A stretch of 64,000 nt of DNA from a virus. Lineage: Duplodnaviria; Heunggongvirae; Uroviricota; Caudoviricetes. The first letter of the stretch is position 1. Each line of letters opens with the position of its first letter. The DNA lies in IMG/VR virus record IMGVR_UViG_3300025000_000058. The stretch is one strand, 5' to 3'. The position numbers were made by a program, and so were the translations under genes. Below are positions 1-8,704 of this stretch, one piece after another. The notes below the pieces were generated by a model. The model saw only the letters and a program-made list of their open reading frames with translations. It had not been told where the DNA came from and ran no database searches.

Positions 1-95
1 TCATACTCTGGTAAAAATTCTCCTGCTGGTTTATAAACGATTATACACATAATAAAACCTCCTGTTTTTGTTTTAATTTTAAACATTTTAATTAA

Positions 96-170
96 AATGC
101 TTAATACAAGGCTTAAATTATTGATTGTTATTGTTTATGGATAATTTAAGCCTTCAATAAACATTCTTTT
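96..170. repeat. intergenic long hairpin element, B-type (stem AAGGCTTAAATTA / TAATTTAAGCCTT)
   Basis: Inverted repeat 108-120 pairs with 142-154. The conserved flanks AATGCTTAATACAAGG ... CCTTCAATAAACATTC are shared with elements at 366, 5367 and 7935. Confidence 0.6.
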
Positions 171-176
171 ATTTTT

Positions 177-332
177 TTATTTTCTTAAATCGTTAAGTAT
201 ATTCATAGCAATGATAATCATAAGTAAAATCACTTCATTGTTTGTAGGATTATTATTAAAAAATTTAATTGTACCACCTACAAGAACCCCAAATAAACAA
301 ATACCAGTTATTGTTTTAATATAACTCATCAT
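177..332 (-). CDS. small hydrophobic protein (51 aa), hypothetical
   Basis: ATG at 330-332 with GGAGG about 11 nt upstream; stop at 177-179. Flanked by two B-type hairpins. Not in the ORF track because it is under 60 aa. Confidence 0.3.
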   Translation of the reverse strand: MMSYIKTITGICLFGVLVGGTIKFFNNNPTNNEVILLMIIIAMNILNDLRK

Positions 333-365
333 TATTTAAATACCTCCTTTATTATTTTAAAATAA

Positions 366-420
366 ATACTTAATACAAGGCTTAAACATATTAGTAATTT
401 AAGCCTTCAATAAACATTTA
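366..420. repeat. intergenic hairpin element, B-type
   Basis: AAGGCTTAAA at 377-386 pairs with TTTAAGCCTT at 398-407. Flanks are the same as the element at 96-170. Confidence 0.6.
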
Positions 421-678
421 TTTTATACAGTCTATACATAACCATGCATCTTTATAAAAAAGCAAATCTACTGGCTTGCGACATGCTGTACAACATGGTT
501 TAAGAGTATATAGTTTACCTTTACAAATATAATTTCCTAATTGATAAACATTAGAATTATAAATACATTCAAACTTTAATATTTCTTCATTTGGTGGAGT
601 TTTCCGTTTATGTCCATAAGGTATTTGTCCTTTCCATTTTTTTTCATCTTCAGACCATAAATAATCTATTTTTGCCAT
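418..678 (-). CDS. Cys-rich zinc-ribbon protein, hypothetical
   Basis: 86-aa ORF with CxxC...CxxC pairs (CCTAC, CIDC). RBS CCTCC complement lies upstream. Confidence 0.45.
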   Translation of the reverse strand: MAKIDYLWSEDEKKWKGQIPYGHKRKTPPNEEILKFECIYNSNVYQLGNYICKGKLYTLKPCCTACRKPVDLLFYKDAWLCIDCIK

Positions 679-696
679 TGTATACTATACCCCTCC

Positions 697-804
697 TTAC
701 ACTTGTTTAATATCTTGTATATACCTTTGCTTGCAAATATTAATATGCTTAGGACTGTTACGACACTTATTTAAAAACAGACAACTAAAACATTTAGTGA
801 ACAT
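697..804 (-). CDS. small Cys-containing peptide (35 aa), hypothetical
   Basis: ATG at 802-804 preceded by GGAGGTATAATT; stop at 697-699. Confidence 0.25.
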   Translation of the reverse strand: MFTKCFSCLFLNKCRNSPKHINICKQRYIQDIKQV

Positions 805-837
805 AATTATACCTCCTATTATTTTTATTTTGTAAAA

Positions 838-906
838 CAAAAAGCCTTTATAATAAGCATTTACCTAATTGCATTTTGGCAGTAAATGCTTACATAAAAA
901 CTTCTT
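838..906. repeat. intergenic hairpin element, A-type (AAAGCCTTTA...palindrome...AAAAACTTCT)
   Basis: AAGCATTTAC pairs with GTAAATGCTT. Conserved outer flanks are shared with more than 10 other elements. Confidence 0.55.
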
Positions 907-918
907 AATATTTTGTTT

Positions 919-2388
919 TTATGCTAATTTTCTTTTTTGCAGGTATGCAAGTAATTCTTGGTAATTAAAATCATTAGCATAATTTATAATTGATTTCCAT
1001 GTTAAAGCTTGAATATGTTGAATATCTGTATTCCTTATTATATCTAATAAGGTTTGACAAAATTGCAATGTTGCGACAAATGTTTCATATTTCAATGTAC
1101 CTCTGAAAATACGTATTTCTACTGTGTTAAAAGGTTTTAAGTTTATGGCATGGAATCTTGAAGTGTCAGAATCTTTTGCTACTTCAAGCAATTCTTTTGC
1201 ATCATCTTGTGTATTATTAAGAATATTAAATCCGTATCTGTCACAATATTCCAGTTGTTTTTCTGTTCTACGTGAAAATTTAACAAACTTATTCCAATGC
1301 ATTTCTACAACAAGCAATAATTTTAATATATTTAGGTCTTGTTTATCCTCAGAAATTCCAAAAGCTTCTTTATTAATATGAATATGCAGACCACATGTTT
1401 CACAATCATGTGATTTATAATTCAAATCAATAGCTTCTTCCATTAATTCCTGCCACTTAAATTCTTTTAGGTGTTTTTCCAATGTTGCTGGATGACTAAC
1501 AATTTCAAAACCATCATCTATTGAAGCATCATTCTTAATATAAATATGATCTTCATCGTTATCATTCATTATGTCAAGCAATTTACTAGCATTTTCTTTG
1601 TCATCTCCTCCATTATCAATTTCCAGTTCAACACCAAAAAGGTCTAATTCGTTTTTGGTGTTTCTGTGAAATATAGGTTCTGGTTTATATGAATAATTAT
1701 GTATTTTACCCTTGTGTTTTGGATAGCATTTGTCACAATAATCTTCCCAGTCAATTTGATTTCTTCCATTGTTTCCATTGCACCAACAACCACAATCACT
1801 ACATCTTACTATGCTCTCATGGCATGAGTTACAAATGACTGTATTATAACTGTCACTATTACCTTGATCATCATTGTAAACATTGCCACACTCTTCACAC
1901 TTAAATGTATTATTGCTAAAACAATGTGAACAATAACAATTTTCATTATGGTCTTTTTTCTTATCATCAACGTGTGTTATATCTTCACAATGATAACAAG
2001 TAAAATAATTATCACCATAACAATCATTACAAACAAAAGTATGTCTGTCAATTTGTGTCATATCATCTTTTAAATGGTATTGATCGCATTCTTTGCACTG
2101 TTTATAGTTATCATTCAAACATTCTTCACAAACATAAACATACTCGTTACTTCCTCCAACATCTGTCATATCATTGGTTATAAAATATTCACCACATTCT
2201 GTACATTCTGTATAATTTTCTAAGCACTCTTTACATACTTTGTCACCAGAGTTTACAACTGTTAAAAAATTGTCAAATTTCCTGTTTCCACATTCTTCAC
2301 ATACACCAATAGCAAATAATTTAAGCTCTGTATGTCTTTGAATTATGTTTTTGCTGGGAATTAATTTCTTGTATTTCATTAGACACAA
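919..2388 (-). CDS. zinc-ribbon array fused to a GS-like amidoligase (Amidoligase_2 family)
   Basis: The N-terminal 230 aa hold more than 12 CxxC pairs. The C-terminal half carries GVELE (metal-binding strand), DDGFEIVSHP, CGLHIHI (the GxHxH hallmark) and EIRIFRGT, which are diagnostic of glutamine-synthetase-like amidoligases. Confidence 0.7.
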   Translation of the reverse strand: MCLMKYKKLIPSKNIIQRHTELKLFAIGVCEECGNRKFDNFLTVVNSGDKVCKECLENYTECTECGEYFITNDMTDVGGSNEYVYVCEECLNDNYKQCKECDQYHLKDDMTQIDRHTFVCNDCYGDNYFTCYHCEDITHVDDKKKDHNENCYCSHCFSNNTFKCEECGNVYNDDQGNSDSYNTVICNSCHESIVRCSDCGCWCNGNNGRNQIDWEDYCDKCYPKHKGKIHNYSYKPEPIFHRNTKNELDLFGVELEIDNGGDDKENASKLLDIMNDNDEDHIYIKNDASIDDGFEIVSHPATLEKHLKEFKWQELMEEAIDLNYKSHDCETCGLHIHINKEAFGISEDKQDLNILKLLLVVEMHWNKFVKFSRRTEKQLEYCDRYGFNILNNTQDDAKELLEVAKDSDTSRFHAINLKPFNTVEIRIFRGTLKYETFVATLQFCQTLLDIIRNTDIQHIQALTWKSIINYANDFNYQELLAYLQKRKLA

Positions 2389-2427
2389 CCTCCTGTTATA
2401 TTGATATTTTAAATTTACAGACTTTTT

Positions 2428-2504
2428 AAAAAGCCTTTATACTGCACACTAATATGTTAATATGTTGGAATTAGTGTACAGATTAAAAACTTCTTTTAAT
2501 TATG
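2428..2504. repeat. intergenic hairpin element, A-type
   Basis: CTGCACACTAAT at 2443-2454 pairs with ATTAGTGTACAG at 2471-2482. The right half is copied again at 2650-2682. Confidence 0.55.
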
Positions 2505-2649
2505 ATACTTAATATGTCCTTCTGTATCAATTTCCATATATTTGAATTTATTTTTACTATTTATACTAATATATACTTTTGTCCCTACATCATCAGTTCC
2601 TAAATATTCCCATTTTGCAGTATCAATTTTAATCATTTTATACCTCCTT

Positions 2650-2682
2650 AGAATTAGTGTACAGATTAAAAACTTTTTACTT
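2650..2682. repeat. partial copy (right half) of hairpin element 2428-2504
   Basis: GAATTAGTGTACAGATTAAAAACTTTT duplicates 2468-2494. Confidence 0.5.
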
Positions 2683-3051
2683 TTTATTAATTATATATTT
2701 TTCATAACACTTATCACAATATATTTTTCCTTTTCCATCATCTCCTGTTTTTTCAACGTGCATTTTTTCACCACAATAAAGACATTTAACATGGTTAATT
2801 CTGAATGGATTAACGCATCTTTTTGCAAAATTCCATTTACATTCATTGTCATCAATTCCTAAAGCATCAAATAATTTCATTCTTAACACATTTAATTCCG
2901 CACTTGTCCCATACGTTTCTTGCAATTCTTGAACATGTTCAATTAATAATTCTGCCTTGTCTCTTTTTACTAACATTAAATTTGTTTCTGCAAGCACTGA
3001 AGATAATACATTTCCCAATTCTACATTGTTTTTATTATTGTTGTTTTCCAT
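2677..3051 (-). CDS. hypothetical protein with C-terminal zinc ribbon
   Basis: 124-aa ORF. CLYCGEKMH...CDKC near the C-terminus. Good RBS context. Confidence 0.45.
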   Translation of the reverse strand: MENNNNKNNVELGNVLSSVLAETNLMLVKRDKAELLIEHVQELQETYGTSAELNVLRMKLFDALGIDDNECKWNFAKRCVNPFRINHVKCLYCGEKMHVEKTGDDGKGKIYCDKCYEKYIINKK

Positions 3052-3080
3052 TAATAAAACCTCTTTTCGTATTTTATTTT

Positions 3081-3153
3081 GTTAAAGCAAAAAGTTTTTA
3101 GAATGGATATTTACTGTGATAACAATAAGTAAATATCCATGTTAAAAACTTCT
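3081..3153. repeat. intergenic hairpin element, A-type
   Basis: GGATATTTACT pairs with AGTAAATATCC. Flanks are GTTAAAGCAAAAAGTTTTTAGAAT and ATGTTAAAAACTTCT. Confidence 0.55.
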
Positions 3154-3154
3154 T

Positions 3155-3595
3155 TTAATATTTCTTATCTCCAAACAATGCACACTGAATAATTATATTA
3201 CACATTTCATCAGTGTATAATGTTTCGTCAGAAAGAAAATAATTATACTTTTCCATATATACTTTTAAACCTTTTTTTAATTTTACGAGTGTTAAGGTAT
3301 ATTTTTCCACATTATCTTTATATTCATTTTTAACATCTTGAAATAACAAACTGCCACCAGCGACAAGAATTAATGTAGGGTTATTTGATTCTAAATTCAA
3401 TCTAAGACACATTTCTTGCTCTTTTTTTGGCAATTTTTTGGTAGGCTGTTTAATAATTTCAATATTATTGCACCAATATTGTTTACTTTTGTTAATTCCT
3501 TTTTTCATAATACGATTAATATCGAATAAATTTATAAAACTACTCACTTTTACCTTTATTTCATAGTCTGTAAACATATTAAAACCTCTTTTCAT
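3155..3595 (-). CDS. hypothetical protein
   Basis: 146-aa ORF in a same-strand array. RBS AGAGG upstream. Confidence 0.4.
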   Translation of the reverse strand: MKRGFNMFTDYEIKVKVSSFINLFDINRIMKKGINKSKQYWCNNIEIIKQPTKKLPKKEQEMCLRLNLESNNPTLILVAGGSLLFQDVKNEYKDNVEKYTLTLVKLKKGLKVYMEKYNYFLSDETLYTDEMCNIIIQCALFGDKKY

Positions 3596-3605
3596 ATTAT
3601 TATTT

Positions 3606-3676
3606 TGTTAAAGCAAAAAGTTTTTAGAATAGACACTTCGAATTAAATAATAAAGTGTCTATGTTAAAAACTTCTC
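3606..3676. repeat. intergenic hairpin element, A-type
   Basis: ATAGACACTT pairs with AAGTGTCTAT. Outer flanks are identical to the element at 3081. Confidence 0.55.
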
Positions 3677-3698
3677 TTTACCTTATGTGTTTATTATA

Positions 3699-4097
3699 TT
3701 AAAAATTATCATAATACTCTCTCCAATCACCACTTTCTATTTTGTTACACCTGTCTAATATGTCATAGTTAAGAATATAAACATATGCCAATATTGTTAT
3801 ACCCTCATTATCAAACACTTCTTTTAATTCCCTGTGATATCCTGCACCTGATTCAATACGATCCAATTCTTTTAATATTGTTTCAAAATATTCAGGTAAA
3901 ATATAATATAATTCGCCATGTATTTTACCTTTTCCTGGTATAATGCCAGGATAAGTCCATAATTCATACATGTCAAATCCTTGTAAGATAGCTTTTTTCA
4001 TTTCTGAAAAAATGTTTCGAATTCTGAAGTGATTACCAAAACCTTGCATCAGTGAACCATACATAAATAATGGATATTGTTTTTCAGTTTTTTTCAT
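3699..4097 (-). CDS. gamma-glutamyl cyclotransferase-like (GGCT/AIG2 family) protein
   Basis: N-terminal PLFMYGSLMQG (the YGSL motif) and a downstream acidic LDRIESG segment about 75 aa later, typical of GGCT/AIG2. 132 aa. Confidence 0.65.
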   Translation of the reverse strand: MKKTEKQYPLFMYGSLMQGFGNHFRIRNIFSEMKKAILQGFDMYELWTYPGIIPGKGKIHGELYYILPEYFETILKELDRIESGAGYHRELKEVFDNEGITILAYVYILNYDILDRCNKIESGDWREYYDNF

Positions 4098-4122
4098 TAA
4101 TAAAACCTCCTGTTTTTAATTT

Positions 4123-4189
4123 TAAAGCCTTTAGAATAGATACTTGTATAATATACAATATTATACAAGTATCCAGTGTTAAAAGCTTT
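4123..4189. repeat. intergenic hairpin element, A-type
   Basis: GATACTTGTATAAT pairs with ATTATACAAGTATC. Flanks are AAAGCCTTTAGAAT and CAGTGTTAAAAGCTTT. Confidence 0.55.
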
Positions 4190-4384
4190 TCATAATGTTG
4201 TTTTTAATCCTAATTGATTTAATAAATTCTTTATACTTTTTATATGCTGGTTTGGTTCTGCTTCTTGATCATCCACTAATATCCCTACTTTATCTCTCAT
4301 AGATTTTAACTTCATAATTCTTAAATTTAATTCTTCTTCTATTACATATAAATCATACTTAGATAAAATAATTTTATATTCCAT
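4190..4384 (-). CDS. hypothetical small protein
   Basis: 64-aa ORF with RBS. Confidence 0.35.
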   Translation of the reverse strand: MEYKIILSKYDLYVIEEELNLRIMKLKSMRDKVGILVDDQEAEPNQHIKSIKNLLNQLGLKTTL

Positions 4385-4412
4385 GAATAAAACCTCCTGT
4401 TTAATTTTTATT

Positions 4413-4484
4413 TTAAAGCTTTTAGAATAGACATATTAACATTATTATTAATAATTATTAATATGTCCAGTGTTAAAAGCTTCT
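4413..4484. repeat. intergenic hairpin element, A-type
   Basis: The outer stem AAAGCTTTT/AAAAGCTT and an inner stem GACATATTAA/TTAATATGTC are separated by an internal loop. Confidence 0.55.
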
Positions 4485-4745
4485 TTACACTCTTCTTCCT
4501 TTACTATATCCATCAAAATATTCATTTCCAGAATTAATGTTATTCTCTGTAATAAAATCATAACCCATATTTGACATCCATTTGATCATAGTCATTTTGG
4601 GATATCCTGTAAATATACCAGTTATAGGTATTTCTTTACTTGAAAATTGATAATAAGGTACATCATCTTTAAACCCCATAAATAACAGTGTCGTGAGTTT
4701 TGTTACTCTGTTTTTGAAAATCAGACATTTGTTTCTTTTATACAT
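4485..4745 (-). CDS. hypothetical protein
   Basis: 86-aa ORF. Confidence 0.35.
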   Translation of the reverse strand: MYKRNKCLIFKNRVTKLTTLLFMGFKDDVPYYQFSSKEIPITGIFTGYPKMTMIKWMSNMGYDFITENNINSGNEYFDGYSKGRRV

Positions 4746-4843
4746 ATGAAAACCTCCTTTTAATTTGAAAACCTTACATTAACAAGTATGCTAAATGTTA
4801 AAAATAAATGTTTCTAATGTTTTCATTTATTCAATTGCTCATT

Positions 4844-4903
4844 GTTAATGAATAAAGCCTTTAGAATAAGCATTAACAATAATTTTGTTAATGCTCAGTG
4901 TTA
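4844..4903. repeat. intergenic hairpin element, A-type
   Basis: AAGCATTAACAA pairs with TTGTTAATGCT, inside conserved flanks. Confidence 0.55.
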
Positions 4904-4909
4904 AAAGCC

Positions 4910-5326
4910 TTATTTAATTATGGTTGTTAAAGCTTCATAATATAAATCAGCTAACATTTCCTTTATATCTTGACAATCTTTTCTTATATACCCTTTTCTA
5001 TTTGAAAATTTTCCTTTAATTTGTAGATCTATTCCATGCTGAAGGTCTGGTGTAATAATAACCTGAAAATCAATCCATCCATCATAAAACCCATTATCAT
5101 CCATAACATGATAAAAACTATTAATTGTTATTTTATTCCTGTTTGATTTTTCCATGTTAATACTATTACCACTATCAATACCACTGCCAGAAGGTAAAAA
5201 AGATATTAGCGTTCTTAAATTATCTCTATGCTCTTCGGTTACTTCTTTGTCCATGTCTACCATTTTTTCACAATTTTTTACTGCTTGAATTCTCATAGCA
5301 ATTTTTACATATAATTTTTCTGTCAT
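4910..5326 (-). CDS. hypothetical protein
   Basis: 138-aa ORF. Confidence 0.4.
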   Translation of the reverse strand: MTEKLYVKIAMRIQAVKNCEKMVDMDKEVTEEHRDNLRTLISFLPSGSGIDSGNSINMEKSNRNKITINSFYHVMDDNGFYDGWIDFQVIITPDLQHGIDLQIKGKFSNRKGYIRKDCQDIKEMLADLYYEALTTIIK

Positions 5327-5366
5327 TATTAAAACCTCCTGTTATAGTTATATTTTTTAACATAAT

Positions 5367-5426
5367 ACTTGATACAAGGCTTAAACATATAAAATAATGC
5401 AGTGTTTAAGCCTTCAACAAATATTA
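5367..5426. repeat. intergenic hairpin element, B-type
   Basis: CTTGATACAAGGCTTAAAC ... GTTTAAGCCTTCAACAAATATT. Confidence 0.55.
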
Positions 5427-5428
5427 TA

Positions 5429-5743
5429 TTAACTTGTATAAGTATATACTTTTACACCATCACCACAATCAGACATTTTTACCATAATACCAGAAAAATA
5501 AGTCTGTGAAGAATAACCAGAAAATTCTTGCATCCACTCAGGAGCATTTTTTTCGACACGCATAATTTCACTTAAAAAATAGGTATTTCCTTCATGTTCA
5601 AAACAAGCTTCAAATTCCTGTTCGTCTTCTGGTTTATCTTTTTCCCACTCAGGTATTTTATAATCTATTTCTATATATTCATCATCTCCATAAATTTTTA
5701 TAGTGCTATTTTCTTGGTCAATTGTTTTCCATAATTTACTCAT
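5429..5743 (-). CDS. hypothetical acidic protein
   Basis: 104-aa ORF. Confidence 0.4.
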   Translation of the reverse strand: MSKLWKTIDQENSTIKIYGDDEYIEIDYKIPEWEKDKPEDEQEFEACFEHEGNTYFLSEIMRVEKNAPEWMQEFSGYSSQTYFSGIMVKMSDCGDGVKVYTYTS

Positions 5744-5777
5744 AAATAAAAACCTCCTGTTATATTAAAATTTTTAA

Positions 5778-5846
5778 TTTAATTCCTTTGTAAAATACCC
5801 TCTCACTAATAGGATACTTTACAAGGGAATTAAACCCTTGTTTATT
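5778..5846. repeat. intergenic hairpin element, C-type (CCTTTGTAAA...CTTTACAAGGGAATTAAACCCTTG)
   Basis: AATTCCTTTGTAAA pairs with CTTTACAAGGGAATT, followed by a second small hairpin CAAGGG/CCCTTG. Same architecture as the element at 6222. Confidence 0.5.
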
Positions 5847-5847
5847 G

Positions 5848-6192
5848 TTATAATCCCTTTTCTAAAATGTCACCTATGCAACCTAAGCGAAGCTTACTCT
5901 TGTAGAATAATATTGTAGTTGTATAAGTGTCCCCTGCATTAATATATTGTACTTCTTCTGGATCTGTTATACCTTCAACACCAAAAAATGAACCCCTATT
6001 ACAATGAGTGTTTAACACTTTATCAATATCTTTTAACCAGTCTGCAATAGCATGAGAAGGATGATGTCCCTGTATATGATAATCTTTCCATGATTTTTTA
6101 ATGCATATTTCCCTTAATTCTTTTACTCCTTCCTTTGTTGTTATAGACAGATCATTTGCACACTGTTTAAAATTCTTTTGATTTATTACCAT
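5848..6192 (-). CDS. hypothetical protein
   Basis: 114-aa ORF. Confidence 0.4.
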   Translation of the reverse strand: MVINQKNFKQCANDLSITTKEGVKELREICIKKSWKDYHIQGHHPSHAIADWLKDIDKVLNTHCNRGSFFGVEGITDPEEVQYINAGDTYTTTILFYKSKLRLGCIGDILEKGL

Positions 6193-6221
6193 GTTAAAAC
6201 CTCCTGTTAAAATTTAATTTA

Positions 6222-6290
6222 AATACCTTGTAAAACTCCTTTTTATAATAGTGTTAAAGAAGCTTTACAAGGGATTTAAATCCCTTGTTT
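6222..6290. repeat. intergenic hairpin element, C-type
   Basis: TACCTTGTAAAA pairs with CTTTACAAGGGA, followed by the GGATTTAAATCCC palindrome. Confidence 0.5.
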
Positions 6291-6650
6291 TATAACAGGT
6301 GACAAGTCTCCTTCTTCCTGCTGTTCAGGAGATAAGGGACATTTTATAAATAAGGATGATTCTAAAGTATGAATAAATAAACCCTTGCATAAGAATACAC
6401 CTTTATTTCTAGCACTTGGTACATTCTGGAATTCAATTAAAGTATAACCTGCACGTAACAATTTAAGAGAATAAGACAATGGTGCAACAATGGCAATGGT
6501 TTTTTCTGAGGTAATAGATTGAATTTGATTGATGATGTCATCGTTAAAGGTTACATTATGTTGCTTTATATTGGCAATACCTAAACTTTCCAATGTTTTT
6601 ACTTGACCATTTGTTAAAGCATGACGAGATAACCAGATTAATATTTTCAT
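6276..6650 (-). CDS. hypothetical protein
   Basis: 124-aa ORF. Confidence 0.4.
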   Translation of the reverse strand: MKILIWLSRHALTNGQVKTLESLGIANIKQHNVTFNDDIINQIQSITSEKTIAIVAPLSYSLKLLRAGYTLIEFQNVPSARNKGVFLCKGLFIHTLESSLFIKCPLSPEQQEEGDLSPVIKQGI

Positions 6651-6683
6651 TATTAAAAACCTCCTGTTTTATTATTGGTTAAT

Positions 6684-6748
6684 TTTAAAGCAAAAATGCT
6701 TTAATCAGGACATATTTATTTTATAATGTCCTGTTTAAAACACTCTTT
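6684..6748. repeat. intergenic hairpin element, A-like
   Basis: CAGGACAT pairs with ATGTCCTG. Flanks are TTTAAAGCAAAAATGCTTTAATC and GTTTAAAACACTCTTT. Confidence 0.5.
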
Positions 6749-6981
6749 TAGTAAATCATAATATATTCTTTTGGATATTTTAAACAATAGGAAATAATGT
6801 TTAGTTCTAACCATTTCCATCCCTGGGAAGGTATGTAAACTAATTCTTTATATCCTATATAATTATTTATCCAGCATTCTATAGAAATTATGCAAGGATT
6901 AGTACGTTTTTTAAATTCCTCCCATTCTTGGTCTGATATTTTAGGGAAATTCAACTTTAATAATATAGGTTGTTGTGTCAT
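6748..6981 (-). CDS. hypothetical protein
   Basis: 77-aa ORF. Confidence 0.35.
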   Translation of the reverse strand: MTQQPILLKLNFPKISDQEWEEFKKRTNPCIISIECWINNYIGYKELVYIPSQGWKWLELNIISYCLKYPKEYIMIY

Positions 6982-7018
6982 AATTGTAAAACCTCCTATG
7001 TTATATTTAAAACCTTAA

Positions 7019-7085
7019 CAATAGGTACAATTAATTTAAACTCTTTAAAACAAGTCTATTAATTGTACCTATGTTTAAAATTTTA
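7019..7085. repeat. intergenic hairpin element (D-type), copy 1 of a 75-bp near-identical repeat
   Basis: Perfect 13-bp arms AGGTACAATTAAT / ATTAATTGTACCT. About 95% identical to 8629-8704. Confidence 0.6.
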
Positions 7086-7092
7086 AATAATG

Positions 7093-7500
7093 CTATCCTT
7101 CAATTTGCTCAATGTCAAAGTTATCAAAAACCTTATGAAGCTTTTCACCTTGTCGCAAACAAGCTTTATATATTTTCAGATTTTCAGAATTTTCTGCATC
7201 ATAATCAAAATCATTGCAAAAACTGGTATATGTTGGGTAATATTCTTCAGTATAATAGAAATCTGATTTAATGCAAGCCATAACGGAATAGTACAGGTTT
7301 TCAGGATATATTATACCATTTTCTGTATTATTAATAGAATCATAAAACTTAAAGCCACATTTGGCTTTTGTTTCTTGGTTGGTACATGTTACACGATAGA
7401 CATTCCTTAAACTAGCTTCTTGCCATGTAGGATGAAATTCTTCTGCAATAAAGGTAATAGTAACCTTGATGTTATTGTGCATTTTTTGAAAATTTTTCAT
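7093..7500 (-). CDS. hypothetical protein
   Basis: 135-aa ORF. Confidence 0.4.
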   Translation of the reverse strand: MKNFQKMHNNIKVTITFIAEEFHPTWQEASLRNVYRVTCTNQETKAKCGFKFYDSINNTENGIIYPENLYYSVMACIKSDFYYTEEYYPTYTSFCNDFDYDAENSENLKIYKACLRQGEKLHKVFDNFDIEQIEG

Positions 7501-7530
7501 TTTAAAACCTCCTGTTTATTATTGTTTAAT

Positions 7531-7612
7531 TTAAATCAAAAAATGTTTTAATCATGGCATTTTATTGTCTGTTATAAGATTATAAATGCCATGTTTAAAA
7601 CATTCTTAGTTA
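7531..7612. repeat. intergenic hairpin element
   Basis: CATGGCATTT pairs with AAATGCCATG, inside flanks AAATCAAAAAATGTTTTAATC and GTTTAAAACATTCTT. Confidence 0.5.
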
Positions 7613-7950
7613 TTTTTATTCTGATTTCTAAAATAATCTTTTTCATACCATGATGTATATTGTTCTTTTGTTACATACTGTACATAATACCTATCTTTAT
7701 TATAATAAGGTTTTTTAGTACAGATATTAATATTTTTTTGATCTGTTCTGTTTTTTGCGTTGTCTTCAACTATACAAGCTTCAGAGTAAGAGCTACATTC
7801 AAAAACAAGCTTGTTAATTTTTCCCTTTGCTTTACCCCAACCAGACATAAATTTGTCAGTCATTGTTACATAATACTTTTTATTTTCTGGCATTGTTAAA
7901 AACCTCCTGTTATTATTGTTTAATTTTAAATCAAAAAATGCTTGATACAA
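7606..7950 (-). CDS. hypothetical protein
   Basis: 114-aa ORF. Confidence 0.4.
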   Translation of the reverse strand: MYQAFFDLKLNNNNRRFLTMPENKKYYVTMTDKFMSGWGKAKGKINKLVFECSSYSEACIVEDNAKNRTDQKNINICTKKPYYNKDRYYVQYVTKEQYTSWYEKDYFRNQNKNN

Positions 7951-8003
7951 GGGTTAAACAAGTAAATAATTTAACCCTTCAACAAACATTCTTTTACCTA
8001 TGC
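7935..8003. repeat. intergenic hairpin element, B-type with compensatory stem change
   Basis: The stem is AAGGGTTAAA / TTTAACCCTT here, against AAGGCTTAAA / TTTAAGCCTT in the other B-type copies. The C-to-G change on one arm is matched by G-to-C on the other, which preserves pairing. Confidence 0.6.
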
Positions 8004-8308
8004 ATAGTGTTATGCAAGTTTATTAATGGGTCTCTTTGTGCAATTTCTTGGAATTCACCCCTTCTGTTTAATCTTGCCATGCATTCTAAATATTTGTAAC
8101 CTGCCACATAGCCTTTATTAAAACCTTCATTTATTACAGAATATGCCATATTAAATTCTTCTGATTCTATAAAGGAAAAATGCATTCTTACTAATAATGG
8201 TTGGATATTGTCAAATGTTACATATTTCATACTAGATAATATTGCCTTTGTTGTTACTTCAACATGTTTCATTGACATATTTTCTGATATTATAGCTTTT
8301 CTTGCCAT
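7994..8308 (-). CDS. hypothetical protein
   Basis: 104-aa ORF. Confidence 0.4.
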   Translation of the reverse strand: MARKAIISENMSMKHVEVTTKAILSSMKYVTFDNIQPLLVRMHFSFIESEEFNMAYSVINEGFNKGYVAGYKYLECMARLNRRGEFQEIAQRDPLINLHNTMHR

Positions 8309-8326
8309 ATAAAAACCTCCTGTTTA

Positions 8327-8379
8327 AATTATTCGCAAAAACTCACTTGTTATTGTTAAGTGAGTTTTTGCGAATAATT
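8327..8379. repeat. perfect 22-bp-arm hairpin between stop codon and next RBS
   Basis: AATTATTCGCAAAAACTCACTT (loop GTTATTGTT) AAGTGAGTTTTTGCGAATAATT. It starts at the stop codon of 8378-8599 and no U-run follows it on the coding strand. Confidence 0.6.
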
Positions 8380-8599
8380 AAATAAGCCATAATTTCCTTA
8401 ATTCATTAAATATTGCTAGTTTTGTATTTTTACCTGTAAGGTCTGCATATAAACCAATAATGCCAGCCAGATCATCATCTCCTTTTTTAATTCTTTCCAT
8501 AACTTGGTCTAAATGGTGATAATTAACAGCCCTTTGATTAACTTTATAAAATTTCTCAGGATTATTAAAGGACATAACTTTTTTAGTCGCATTGTTCAT
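8378..8599 (-). CDS. hypothetical protein
   Basis: 73-aa ORF. Confidence 0.35.
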   Translation of the reverse strand: MNNATKKVMSFNNPEKFYKVNQRAVNYHHLDQVMERIKKGDDDLAGIIGLYADLTGKNTKLAIFNELRKLWLI

Positions 8600-8628
8600 A
8601 GTGTTTAAAACCTCCTGTTAATTATTAT

Positions 8629-8704
8629 AAAACCTTAACAATAGGTACAATTAATTTAAACTCTTTAAAACAAGTCTATTAATTATACCCATGTTTAAAA
8701 TTTT
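8629..8704. repeat. intergenic hairpin element (D-type), copy 2, degenerate stem
   Basis: Near-identical to 7019-7085, including the loop, but the right arm is mutated (ATTATACCC). Confidence 0.55.

Noticed and set aside
1124-1381. Antisense or nested ORFs inside larger genes (1124-1381, 2542-2862, 2823-3101, 7071-7271, 7660-7899, 7863-8099, 14242-14463, 14860-15072, 16333-16767, 16349-16615, 16467-16664, 16950-17141, 20235-20432, 20488-20676, 21328-21552, 22742-22930, 24646-24972, 24912-25400, 26410-26604, 27374-27580, 28735-28926, 29592-29874, 29980-30267, 30956-31234, 32597-32881, 33862-34050, 34847-35050, 36762-37169, 37871-38389, 41247-41447, 44369-44587, 45606-45848, 47223-47417, 48368-48595, 49087-49281, 50112-50336, 51435-51674, 51539-51835, 55471-55728, 56071-56253, 60112-60309, 60763-60954, 61328-61573, 63320-63607)
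   Set aside because: Low-complexity Ile/Leu/Phe-rich translations typical of the antisense strand of AT-rich genes. They lack an RBS and overlap well-supported genes.
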